Origin: a virus
Lineage: Duplodnaviria; Caudoviricetes
Length of the DNA: 38,050 nt
IMG/VR virus record: IMGVR_UViG_3300037751_000162
Coordinates: 1-38,050 of that record
Reading direction: 5' to 3' (one strand)
Shown here: positions 19,948 to 28,917 of the stretch, piece after piece
How positions within the stretch are numbered: position 1 is the first letter of the stretch
Layout: each line of letters starts with the position of its first letter
Notes under the pieces: generated by a model
What the model was told of the DNA's origin: nothing
The model's database searches: none
What the model saw: the letters and a program-made list of their open reading frames with translations, nothing else
Program-made: the position numbers and the translations under genes

Positions 19948-21072
19948 TTAATGAGAAATAAAATCACCGCGCATTCTGCGAAGCGTTTCCTTCGGAAGTT
20001 TCGAGAGCTCTTCGTCGGAGAGCTTATTAATATCTGGTACAACGCTTTGCAGGCCGCTTTTATCACTGTCTGCCCCAACCGCGTCATCGAGCGTCGGCGG
20101 TTGTTTCCTGGCCGCATCCACGTTCTTCTGGACATTGGTGGCGCGTTTTTGCTGTGGTTGCTTCAAATCGTCCGTTTTTTGGGGCTTCGGTCCGCGCACA
20201 CGAGTAAGCTTATCGGCGTAGGTATCAATAGCGTCGTTGAACGCTTCGACTGGGGACATACCATCCTCAATATTAACCCGCTGAAGCCGGACAACACGAT
20301 CCACGACTTTCTGGTCGTATTTATCCGATCCCTCGTTAAGCTCGGCGTATGTATCGAGCGCCTGGCCGACCGCGTCCTCCAGCATCATTTCCATTCGAAT
20401 CTGCTGCCGGATCGCCCCTGGGTCAGAGGGTTGCTGCTGCGACTGTGGCTGCTCTGGCGCCTGCTTGGCCTGAGCCCTGTGAGCACTCAGCTCATCGCTC
20501 AGGTCGAATATTTCCAGATCGCGCTTGCTGGCGCCTTCCGCATCGCCAGCGACGAGTGCCTCGTTTTTAAGCCGCAGTGCTGCGGTCAGCCTCTCCTGCA
20601 GTAGCTCCCCCACACGGTCCTTCTGCGGCTCGGCCGGCTGAACAGGCTGCTTAGCCTCAGCCGGTTGGCTTGGCTGCTGCTGCCCGCCACGCAGGGCCTG
20701 CATCTCAAGCTCCAAGCGGTCGGCTCGGGCCTTCTGGTGATCATACCGTGCTTTTGGAATCATGAAACCGGGGGGCTCGTCGTCTTCGACGGCTTCGACG
20801 GCTTCGACGGCTTCGACGGCTTCGACGGCTTCGACGGCTTCGACGGCTTCGACGGTCTCAGCGCCTTCAATGGTCTCAGTGCCTGATACCTCCGCCGTGG
20901 TAGATTCGTCGGCAGCCTTAGCTTCCTCCTGGTTGCTATCGGCCTCCCCATCCCCTTCGGCTGCTTCCTGCCCGACAGTTTTACCGTCCTTATCCACAAC
21001 GAAATAATCATCGGATTCCATACCGAACGCGTCACCGCGCTCGAACTGTTCTTGCGTAAGTTGTTTCGGCAT
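19948..21072 (-). CDS. Capsid scaffolding protein (374 aa)
   Basis: Acidic disordered N-terminus, MIPKAR.D motif, C-terminal LRRMRGDF; lies between portal and capsid. Confidence 0.8.
   Translation of the reverse strand: MPKQLTQEQFERGDAFGMESDDYFVVDKDGKTVGQEAAEGDGEADSNQEEAKAADESTTAEVSGTETIEGAETVEAVEAVEAVEAVEAVEAVEAVEDDEPPGFMIPKARYDHQKARADRLELEMQALRGGQQQPSQPAEAKQPVQPAEPQKDRVGELLQERLTAALRLKNEALVAGDAEGASKRDLEIFDLSDELSAHRAQAKQAPEQPQSQQQPSDPGAIRQQIRMEMMLEDAVGQALDTYAELNEGSDKYDQKVVDRVVRLQRVNIEDGMSPVEAFNDAIDTYADKLTRVRGPKPQKTDDLKQPQQKRATNVQKNVDAARKQPPTLDDAVGADSDKSGLQSVVPDINKLSDEELSKLPKETLRRMRGDFISH
20784..20855. repeat. Perfect 9-bp tandem repeat (CTTCGACGG x8) encoding (VEA)n in the scaffold
   Basis: Eight identical copies read directly from the sequence. 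Confidence 0.97.
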
Positions 21073-21089
21073 TTCTCACCACCTTCTCG

Positions 21090-23162
21090 TTATGAAGCCA
21101 AACGGCTCGCGTTCGATTGTTTCTTCTTGCCTGCAGCCTGCTGCCCGGCCTGCTGCACCACCTGCTGTTCCTGAATATCAAGCTGCCGGCTACGGAGATC
21201 GAGGTCCCGCACCCGCATCAAGCGATCAAATGATTCCTTATCAACTTCACTTGGAATATCAGCATCCTCGTCGTTACCACGCTGCGCTTCGAGCATCTTG
21301 GCCTTGGCTTGGACACGCTTGAGCAGGATGTTGGCCTCTTTCTCGGCAGCATCGGCGTTTGCATTGCGGACCTCGGCCTTGGCCTTCTCAAGCTCAAGCT
21401 GCTGTAGCATCTGCTGCTCAGGGCTCGGCGGTGCTTGCATCTGATCTAGAATCTCGCGCTTATCGATCAGGTTACTGTGCTTGATGAGCACTTCATCTGG
21501 AATCGTAATGCCGAGCTGCCGCATTTCCAGCGCCTGCTGAAACTGTGTTTGTTCGAAGGTATCCCGCGCCGGCACTGTCGTGATTGCTATATCGTATTTT
21601 CCCACCGTCAGGTCGTTAGCGATTGTACCCTCCGGAGTGATCTGGTTCACGACAAGCTCTTCAGACTGAGCACTTAGCCGGTTACCAGTTATCCGAATAA
21701 GCCTCTCTTCGGTGTAATAAGCTTGGATGACATCAAGCACAGCCCGGGCGACCATATACCTCGAACGGTTCAGATTATCGAAGTATTTCGCGTTGTTATC
21801 GTGCCCTGCCTGCTGTTTGAACTGAATCGCCTTCGCCGCTACATCCGCGCGGTCGAAGCCACGAACGCTGTCACTGAAGCCTGAAATCTCCTTGAGGTAT
21901 TCATCAGCCTTCCGGCTAACCAAATCGAGTCCGGTCGGGACCTGGTTCGGCTGAATCTTCGCTGTCATTGATGGGTCTTCTACTTCAAGCACAAGACCTG
22001 TCTCGGCGCCGCGCATCTCCAACTGCTCGACGGTCATGTTCTTGATGTTACCGCGCCGGGTCATCCAGCCGGAGTTTGAAGTCGTATTTACGATGTGGAG
22101 TATCTGCGATTCCGTTTTATTGAGCTGTTCCTGAACAGAGATAAGGTGTTCCACGATCCCCATGGATTCCCCATCCTGCAGAACTGGGAAATATGGAACA
22201 ACGGTAAAGTGCATATAAGGGCTAACGGAATCGTGCAAGAGAACATCATCTGCTGTAACCCTCCAACGGATCACCTCGGTTTCCATCTTAACCGTTTCCA
22301 CGCCGGTCAACCCCGCCACACGCTCGCGTTTGGCGCGAGACCAGTCAGACGGTACAACCGACTTATCGCCCGTCGCAAGATCAACAAAATGCCACACGCG
22401 CTCGCGAACACGGAACTGGCGCTCAATCACGCGAATACGGCGCATGCGTTTGTGCTCATCATCCGTGAAGTTGACCATGATGGGGAAACTTATACCCTGG
22501 CTGAACGAGCCAGGGTTGTAGTCATCGATGGAATCGAATGCGAAGTGCGTGTCATTGACCACGCTCTTATCTTTCAAATACGCCGCATCTTTTTTGCTGT
22601 AGATGGCGCCTATCTCGTCAGGTGTCATCCATTTGGTAACGAACACCTCTTTCCAGGTATCCGGGTCGTAGTCAGTGGCGTCAGGGTCGAGAACAACATT
22701 CCGACCGTGTAGTCGGCGGATTTTTACATCGGCCTGGAAATTATGGGAGAAGTCAGCCCGCACGTCGAAGTACGATCGGCTGCCGACGATGCCATAGGCA
22801 AACACATCGGACTCCAGCCAGTCGTACTGATTTGCTCGCATGATAGCGAGATATACCTTATCCATGACCGCCGCGAGCTGGTCATCAGATTCCCCATCAA
22901 CGGGCTTGAACGCTACATCGACGCGGTTGTTAAGCTGCTGGCTGAGGGCAGTCACGACCGTGGCGAAGATCTTGTTGATCTTCAGTGCCGGGCGCTTCAT
23001 GCGCATGAGCTTCGCTTCGATGATCGGGTCCCACTGATGCCCTTTCAGAAACTCGTTGCATTGCTTGTCCTTCTCTATGTAGCGGAGATGCCCATTATCT
23101 CGGGCGTACGCGTAACGCTCGAACTGCTGCTGCGTCAGCTGGTGGTTAACAGGCATCGCCAT
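21090..23162 (-). CDS. Portal protein (P22-like, 690 aa)
   Basis: G.QW...RPAL.INKI, PY..F..VP.F, G.V..L...Q...NK..S, and DLTVGKYDI.I motifs; coiled-coil C-terminus. Confidence 0.9.
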   Translation of the reverse strand: MAMPVNHQLTQQQFERYAYARDNGHLRYIEKDKQCNEFLKGHQWDPIIEAKLMRMKRPALKINKIFATVVTALSQQLNNRVDVAFKPVDGESDDQLAAVMDKVYLAIMRANQYDWLESDVFAYGIVGSRSYFDVRADFSHNFQADVKIRRLHGRNVVLDPDATDYDPDTWKEVFVTKWMTPDEIGAIYSKKDAAYLKDKSVVNDTHFAFDSIDDYNPGSFSQGISFPIMVNFTDDEHKRMRRIRVIERQFRVRERVWHFVDLATGDKSVVPSDWSRAKRERVAGLTGVETVKMETEVIRWRVTADDVLLHDSVSPYMHFTVVPYFPVLQDGESMGIVEHLISVQEQLNKTESQILHIVNTTSNSGWMTRRGNIKNMTVEQLEMRGAETGLVLEVEDPSMTAKIQPNQVPTGLDLVSRKADEYLKEISGFSDSVRGFDRADVAAKAIQFKQQAGHDNNAKYFDNLNRSRYMVARAVLDVIQAYYTEERLIRITGNRLSAQSEELVVNQITPEGTIANDLTVGKYDIAITTVPARDTFEQTQFQQALEMRQLGITIPDEVLIKHSNLIDKREILDQMQAPPSPEQQMLQQLELEKAKAEVRNANADAAEKEANILLKRVQAKAKMLEAQRGNDEDADIPSEVDKESFDRLMRVRDLDLRSRQLDIQEQQVVQQAGQQAAGKKKQSNASRLAS

Positions 23163-23207
23163 AACTCCTGGCTAGTTGGTGTCGTGTAGAGTTTAAGTTA
23201 GAACTTG

Positions 23208-24374
23208 TCAAGATGCACCCTGTACGGCGTTGGGGCCGAGTTCTGTCCAGAAGAGGGAGGCGGCCCCTCCGGTAAAGCCGAGGGACTCGAATGCAAACAC
23301 CGCTGCCGGTTCCGTATCGAAAAGTTCATAGGCGCCAACAAATAGCACCCCATTGTGGAACGCGAGACTACTTCCAAAATCGTCACTATTATCGGGGTCG
23401 GGGGCATCACCGCTCAGAGTTTCAAGAAGGTTGAAGCTCATATCATAGACATGGACCGCCCCCCTAGCGTCTGAAATCCCAGAGGATGGTTGGTAGACCG
23501 CTACCCTATCCTCAGTACATACAACATTAGACCCAAAGAACAATCCAGTGGTAGGCGGGGGGTTTATTGTATCTACTGGGTCTCCGTTATGGTCGAATAT
23601 ATGAACATACCCCCCAAAACCAACGCCATCAGAACCGGTTGCGCCCGCGAATATGAACTGAGAATTTATAGCAACGGATGCTCCCATAGATCGTGTGTTT
23701 ACTGTATCGGGGTTTAGGACTTTCTCGATAAGCACCCCGTCGGTGTCGTACAGGTAAAGCGCGCCTGCGTTTGTATCAACATCGTCATCCCCCGGGGCAC
23801 CGACAGCGACTATTCCAGACCCAAGAGCGATCGTGACACCGTGGTAATCGGGGAGGGCTACGCCTGTGCTTGATGTTCTCCACAACTGTGTGCCGTTGTT
23901 ATCAAAAGCGTAGATACGGGTGGCTCCGGACGTGCCAAGAAACCCAGACCCGACCAGTACCATGTCATCATCAGCGACAAGAAATGCACCGAAACGGTCA
24001 TCACTGTTGGTTAAATCCCCTAGGGCTTGGCCTATAAAATTAAAACTGTGATCGTAGATATAAACAATACCTGCAGTAGAACCAGCATCATCGTCGCCTA
24101 CAGCTCCTATGAATATCCTGGTGCTATTTATCGCGACGCCCTGCCCCCAGAAATCTGCAGGGTCGGTGCTGACAGCTTCGAATGAAGTCTGCTCGGCAAA
24201 GGGTGGGAGCCCTCCGAACTTATAAGCTTTGCCTACGTGGCTAAAGCCACCAGCGGATACACCGGGATCAGCTACAACGAGGAAGCCCTGCCCGGCCGCT
24301 ATGCTTTTACCGAAATCATCAATAGCCGGAGGCGCTGGGTTCAATATCTTCGATAATAAATCAAATTCAGCCAT
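23208..24374 (-). CDS. FG-GAP-repeat seven-bladed beta-propeller (388 aa) with C-terminal tag FWTELGPNAVQGAS
   Basis: Seven FG-x-S-V-A...V-G-A-P-like repeats (e.g. DDFGKSIA, VAVGAPGDDD, DDFGSSLA). Confidence 0.85.
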   Translation of the reverse strand: MAEFDLLSKILNPAPPAIDDFGKSIAAGQGFLVVADPGVSAGGFSHVGKAYKFGGLPPFAEQTSFEAVSTDPADFWGQGVAINSTRIFIGAVGDDDAGSTAGIVYIYDHSFNFIGQALGDLTNSDDRFGAFLVADDDMVLVGSGFLGTSGATRIYAFDNNGTQLWRTSSTGVALPDYHGVTIALGSGIVAVGAPGDDDVDTNAGALYLYDTDGVLIEKVLNPDTVNTRSMGASVAINSQFIFAGATGSDGVGFGGYVHIFDHNGDPVDTINPPPTTGLFFGSNVVCTEDRVAVYQPSSGISDARGAVHVYDMSFNLLETLSGDAPDPDNSDDFGSSLAFHNGVLFVGAYELFDTEPAAVFAFESLGFTGGAASLFWTELGPNAVQGAS

Positions 24375-24420
24375 CAGCTTGCCCCTTGCACGACATGATC
24401 CGAAAGTTTTTCCCAGAAAC
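24370..24420. repeat. 51-bp direct repeat, copy 1 (tag + TGATG stop/start junction)
   Basis: 49/51 identical to 25248-25298. Confidence 0.95.
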
Positions 24421-25252
24421 CGGTTGGTGGCTCTTCGCCCCCAGTATCACCTGAATACTCAACGGTTGTGAGGAACTGCAGCGACGGTTGATTAGTAAGA
24501 CCCGCTACTCTGTTGGGGGAAAGCCCTGTGGCAGCTTTATAATCCTCTGAGAACTCAGTTCCTATAAGCTCCAATACATTTCCTGTCATTTTTATAGTAT
24601 GCAAACCAGGCACAAAGCTAATAGCAAAGTGGGTATCTGTTAACTTCGCCAGCGAATAGCGGAACGCGTGATCTATAGCGAAGGCATCACCCACCTGCGA
24701 CCAATTAGACCCGTCGAAATCATATATGGTAAGTAAATTCGAACTTAGCTCTATCACACGAGTTGCAGACATACCGAGCAGTCCGTGATGGATAGTACCC
24801 CCTATAGAAGTGCTCCCTACCTGTGACCACGAGGACCCGTTAAACTCATACATGGTCAGTAAGTCGCTAGCAGATTCTATAAAAGCAACCCGATCGTCCG
24901 TCATTCTCGTTATCGTGCCTATAGCCCCACCAGGTACTGGGCTAAATAGCGAACCCGCTGTTGCCCATGACGACCCATCCCAATCATATGCTCCGATCGT
25001 TTCCTGCGCGGAGTTGTAAACCGCCACCCGAGTAGAAGACATGGCGCACATCGCGTGGTTATTGACAGCTGGTATGGACAGCGTACTCCCTGCCTGCGCC
25101 CAATCAGTACCATCGAAGACAAACGTCTTCAGGAGGTCGTCGCCTTCACTGAGCAGTGCCACCGTGTTCTCATCCAGTGCGGCTAGCGCCACGTCGTCAG
25201 ACGACCCCGCTATAAAAAGAGCGTTCCCTATTACCGACCATTCATCGGCCAT
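24374..25252 (-). CDS. Six-repeat WxQxG beta-propeller, lectin-like (292 aa), with C-terminal tag FWEKLSDHVVQGAS
   Basis: About 45-aa repeats containing Y.FDG..W.Q.G; GDTGGEEPPTG linker before the tag. Confidence 0.8.
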   Translation of the reverse strand: MADEWSVIGNALFIAGSSDDVALAALDENTVALLSEGDDLLKTFVFDGTDWAQAGSTLSIPAVNNHAMCAMSSTRVAVYNSAQETIGAYDWDGSSWATAGSLFSPVPGGAIGTITRMTDDRVAFIESASDLLTMYEFNGSSWSQVGSTSIGGTIHHGLLGMSATRVIELSSNLLTIYDFDGSNWSQVGDAFAIDHAFRYSLAKLTDTHFAISFVPGLHTIKMTGNVLELIGTEFSEDYKAATGLSPNRVAGLTNQPSLQFLTTVEYSGDTGGEEPPTGFWEKLSDHVVQGAS

Positions 25253-25619
25253 CAGCTTGCCCCCTGCACGACATGATCTGAAAGTTTTTCCCAGAAACTA
25301 TGATGGAAACTGAGAGGAACCCTGCAGAAGTCCAGTTTGTACCATCAAAGCTCATCGCGTGCAGCCGATTAAAAGTCTGCTGTATATACGCAACTAAATT
25401 GCTTGTGATCGCTGCTACGTCCGGGTTTACGGCTGCAATTGCATTTCCAGGGCCTATCTGGTTCCAATCATTACCGTCAAATTCATACGTCCTGAACTCA
25501 TCCCAACTCCCATCTATATATGCAACCCGCGAGTCGCTTAGCGTGGATATAGCCGGCTCAAACGCAAAATCACCCGTTATTATTTCCAGAAAATCTCCAA
25601 CTTGCTCCCAATTCGCCAT
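25242..25619 (-). pseudogene. Truncated WxQxG propeller paralog (MANWEQVG..., about 2 blades) with an out-of-frame FWEKLSDHVVQGAS tag
   Basis: ATG at 25619 lies just after the TerL stop; homologous to the 292-aa gene; the tag is encoded in the -1 frame at about 25252-25296. Confidence 0.7.
25248..25298. repeat. 51-bp direct repeat, copy 2 (tag + TGATG stop/start junction)
   Basis: 49/51 identical to 24370-24420; both differences are synonymous in the tag frame. Confidence 0.95.
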
Positions 25620-25623
25620 CTTC

Positions 25624-27438
25624 TTATGCCCCCAAATAGCCGCCGCCGTTAGCGCCCTCAGCCAGCCGCCGGCCGAGCGCTGTTCTCCAATCGGAACCCG
25701 ATACGGTCGTAACCGGTTTCGACGGCGCCGACAGTTTACCAATCATATGCGCGAGCCAAGCCTGGGAGTCCACGTCATCGTCACGGACGCCACCAGGGAA
25801 CCGGAGCATCTGCTGCTGTGTGGTCTCGAACCAGGAACCGTTGGACGTAGCGTAGTGCCATCGGCCCTGCTGCATCATACCTTGTAGTGGTCTTGCCCGT
25901 GCTGCCTTGTCGTTGATCGGTGTCAGAGTATCGTCGAACGCCACGGAAATCTCGCGCTCACGTAGCTCGTCGAGCAGTATAGGCATAATCGCATGTTTCA
26001 ACTGTCCGTTCTCGATACCAAGGATTTCTATATCCCAGCGCTGAATGGCGTTGCAGATAGCATCGACGATATTATACGTCGTCCATCGGCCATGTATGAC
26101 TTCAGGGATTGTGACAGAACGGTCCCATTGATAAATACCGATTGCGAGGGAGGTCATGTCGTTGACCTGCTTCTCGGTGATCGCCAAGTCCACAGCCATA
26201 ACCCGTATTTCATTCTCACGCGGCGAGTAAGGCACCTGCCCGCGAAAGCGGAACATATCCTTGGTGAAGTAAAGCCCTTCCTCCGGCACCGGATTCTGCT
26301 GGTATAGCGCCGACCAGTGCCGGGGCTGCATCGTGCGCTTCATGTTCATAAGTCTGGCACGGCTAAAGCGTTCTGAGTGCAATGCCTCGCCTTTACGGCG
26401 CAGGAGAGTAGTGGGAACCCGGTCCGGGAGGTTCCATATAGGAGTTTCCCGCACCTCGTGGGTGTCCTTCACCATGTACTCGTCGTGCTCAGCAATCGCC
26501 GGGTAGTTTACCAGCTCCCAGTCATCAATCTCGCTACGCAGTTCCTCCGCCTGCTTCACGAGCTCGGTGGCTTCCTTATGTTCTTTGCTCTCAGGATCAA
26601 GGCCCTGCTGCAGGTGGAGGCCCTCCGCTTCCAGTTCCGCCGCCTCTTTGAGCAATTCTTTCTGCTGCAGCAGCATACGGCCGGCGAGGTCGTCGTCAGA
26701 CCATCTTGTCTGAATCACCAGCACGCCGCCGCCTGGCGCGAGACGAGTCTTGGCGGTAGAGCCCCACCAGTCCCAGGCAGTGTCGCGCACAGTTTGAGAG
26801 TCCGCGGCCTCTGCGTCCTTGACCGGGTCATCGATAATCAAGATGTGCGCGCCCTTACCGGTGATACCACCACCGATACCCGCAGGGACATACCCGCCCA
26901 GGGCTGTGGTCTCCCAACCCTCAGCATTCTGTGCTTCCGGGCTGAGCACCGTATTCGGGAACATAGCCTGGTACACCTTATCGTCACGAATACGCGAGCG
27001 AACTTTACGGCTGAACCCTAGCGGCAACGTGACAGCATAAGACGCAGCAATAATCTCGAAATGCGGATAGTGCCCCAAGGCCCAGGCAGGGAAGTGGTTA
27101 GAGGCGAGAAAAGATTTTCCGTGCCGAGGCGGCATCGTGATCATCAAACGCGGGCTTTTTCCATCAGCCACCTGCTGCAGAAACCGCTCCAGGCGCCAAC
27201 AAATATCTTTATGGACCCAACCAGCCAGGTACCCGGGGTGGAATTTCTTCACATAAGCGAGCAAGCGGCGTTTTGCGAGGACTCTGGATGCATACTCACG
27301 CTCGACTTCATCCTTTGTATCAGCCGCTTGCTCTTTTTTAACTATTTCCTTGGCCTTCTTTTCAGCCATTCGTCGCAGAGTCTGCATGCGGGCTTGATAT
27401 TTCGCGACTTCCTTCTCATCCGAAGTGAGCTCTGTCAT
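25624..27438 (-). CDS. terL: Terminase large subunit (604 aa)
   Basis: Walker A PPRHGKS, Walker B ILIIDDP, coupling motif QTRW, nuclease AVDLA and DDDVDS. Confidence 0.95.
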   Translation of the reverse strand: MTELTSDEKEVAKYQARMQTLRRMAEKKAKEIVKKEQAADTKDEVEREYASRVLAKRRLLAYVKKFHPGYLAGWVHKDICWRLERFLQQVADGKSPRLMITMPPRHGKSFLASNHFPAWALGHYPHFEIIAASYAVTLPLGFSRKVRSRIRDDKVYQAMFPNTVLSPEAQNAEGWETTALGGYVPAGIGGGITGKGAHILIIDDPVKDAEAADSQTVRDTAWDWWGSTAKTRLAPGGGVLVIQTRWSDDDLAGRMLLQQKELLKEAAELEAEGLHLQQGLDPESKEHKEATELVKQAEELRSEIDDWELVNYPAIAEHDEYMVKDTHEVRETPIWNLPDRVPTTLLRRKGEALHSERFSRARLMNMKRTMQPRHWSALYQQNPVPEEGLYFTKDMFRFRGQVPYSPRENEIRVMAVDLAITEKQVNDMTSLAIGIYQWDRSVTIPEVIHGRWTTYNIVDAICNAIQRWDIEILGIENGQLKHAIMPILLDELREREISVAFDDTLTPINDKAARARPLQGMMQQGRWHYATSNGSWFETTQQQMLRFPGGVRDDDVDSQAWLAHMIGKLSAPSKPVTTVSGSDWRTALGRRLAEGANGGGYLGA

Positions 27439-27729
27439 TTACTCCTCCTCCTCCTCAAGAAACGCCTCCAGGGCATCAAGTGTACGGATTTTTTTCTCCT
27501 TTGGGGGGCCTTTGTGGAGCTCAGGGTCTTTGTTATGACCTCCCCTTTTCTCGTTGTATTCTTTCCGACCAAGCTCCTTCCTTATTCGAGCTTCGCGAGC
27601 CCTGGCTTCCTTGGAACGCCTCCGACTAATACGTTTTTTATTGCGCTCTCGCGCCGCCGCCTTGTTTTCTTCCGTGATTGTACAACCTTCACGGTACCTT
27701 CCCTTCTTTAGCGTCCCTCTTACCCCCAT
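27439..27729 (-). CDS. Small Lys/Arg-rich hypothetical protein (96 aa)
   Basis: Fills the TerS-TerL gap; its stop abuts the TerL ATG and it supplies the GGAGG RBS; overlaps the TerS end. Confidence 0.55.
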   Translation of the reverse strand: MGVRGTLKKGRYREGCTITEENKAAARERNKKRISRRRSKEARAREARIRKELGRKEYNEKRGGHNKDPELHKGPPKEKKIRTLDALEAFLEEEEE

Positions 27730-28300
27730 CGTCTACAACCTCCCCATCAATCCCCTCGTTTTCGTCGAGTTCGACGAAATCCACATCGAGGGCGTCGTCT
27801 TCGTCCATAATACGTAACAGCTCATCTTCAGGTAGAGCCTCCAGACGATTGCGAAAGCGTGACGCATTGTCACCCAGCTCCAGGATATGTTTTTCCGGCG
27901 CATAAAAACCGCACATCTTGTTAATTTCCGCAGCACCTCGAATCATCGCATTCGGGTCGCCGATGAGTTTCGCGAACTCTATAGCTTCGAGGATCATATT
28001 CTGCACTCTCGTGCGCGTCATGTTCGTCTCACGGCAGTTCGCTTCCTGAATACGCCTTTCTTCTGCCACAAACTCAGGGTGCTCACGGGCGACTTTCAAC
28101 CATTGCGACATCGTCTCTCTGGCAACGCCCGCAAACTCGCAGGCGCGGGTGACCGGCATGCCTAATTCACGCGCCTGCAGGAAATCTATCCGCTGTGGCG
28201 TCAGCGACTTGTGGCCGGCTTTACGTTCAGGGAGTTGTGCTTCGTGGTTCCTTCCCTTTGGGCGTCCTCTGGGCCTGGCCGGCGCTTTCTTCTCACTCAT
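27689..28300 (-). CDS. terS: Terminase small subunit (203 aa)
   Basis: LTPQR..F......G.....A...AG HTH-like region and A..I.KMCGFYAPEK motif; upstream of TerL. Confidence 0.8.
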   Translation of the reverse strand: MSEKKAPARPRGRPKGRNHEAQLPERKAGHKSLTPQRIDFLQARELGMPVTRACEFAGVARETMSQWLKVAREHPEFVAEERRIQEANCRETNMTRTRVQNMILEAIEFAKLIGDPNAMIRGAAEINKMCGFYAPEKHILELGDNASRFRNRLEALPEDELLRIMDEDDALDVDFVELDENEGIDGEVVDDGGKRDAKEGKVP

Positions 28301-28739
28301 CCCGATCTATCCTGAATACATGGAGGCCGAGCTCTCTCCACATCACGCATACATTCGGATCGTCCTCGAACGCGCATTCAAAACGACAATCCGCGCTATA
28401 AGCCCGGAACCACCTGCGCTTCAATTCAGGGGCCGGGGAATAATCACCGATGCGGCGCATCTCCATCTCGTGCCATGTCATTTTGTGCTTTTCCAGCCAC
28501 TCGATAGTGTCCTTTGCCGCCGACTCCTGGCGCCCTGTAAATACCACCACTTTATATCCCATCATCGCGAAACCATTAACAGCCGCGATCGTGGCTTCCA
28601 TAGGAGTATCGCCGAGAGTTAGGGCGTTGAACTCATCCCATTGGGAGCTCTTGGCGTAGTGCTCGCGATGGCTGTTATTGGCGACTGTACCGTCGAGATC
28701 AACGATAATAGCTTTTTGGTAATTCGATTTATAAAACAC
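28293..28739 (-). CDS. HAD-family phosphatase resembling the T4 PNK 3'-phosphatase domain (148 aa)
   Basis: IVDLDGT, FTGR, K and FEDD HAD motifs. Confidence 0.88.
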   Translation of the reverse strand: MFYKSNYQKAIIVDLDGTVANNSHREHYAKSSQWDEFNALTLGDTPMEATIAAVNGFAMMGYKVVVFTGRQESAAKDTIEWLEKHKMTWHEMEMRRIGDYSPAPELKRRWFRAYSADCRFECAFEDDPNVCVMWRELGLHVFRIDRDE

Positions 28740-28908
28740 GCCAAGCCCTCCTGATCCGTTCTATCGCTTGCTGATTTTCAGTCAGACGGAGCTTAATCCG
28801 CTTCTGCTCGTCAAAAAGACGAGAGACAATAATCTTCGCCCCCTCCTTGCAGTGGCTGCAGGAGATCGCCCCGATCGTACCAGAATCCTCGCATTGATCG
28901 CAGACCAT
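28729..28908 (-). CDS. Small CxxC-CxxC Zn-ribbon/coiled-coil protein (59 aa, not in ORF track)
   Basis: MVCDQCEDSGTIGAISCSHCKEGAKIIVSRLFDEQKRIKLRLTENQQAIERIRRAWRVL*; GAGG RBS; fills the gap. Confidence 0.75.
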   Translation of the reverse strand: MVCDQCEDSGTIGAISCSHCKEGAKIIVSRLFDEQKRIKLRLTENQQAIERIRRAWRVL

Positions 28909-28917
28909 AGTGTTGCC

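Noticed and set aside
17622-20604. Long plus-strand ORFs 17622..18488, 18406..19653 and 19951..20604
   Set aside because: Antisense to recognisable capsid, decoration and scaffold genes
24370-25298. Direct repeat as a DGR template/variable repeat pair or shufflon
   Set aside because: Only two synonymous differences in a conserved tag, no reverse transcriptase or invertase in the window, and the repeats are direct rather than inverted
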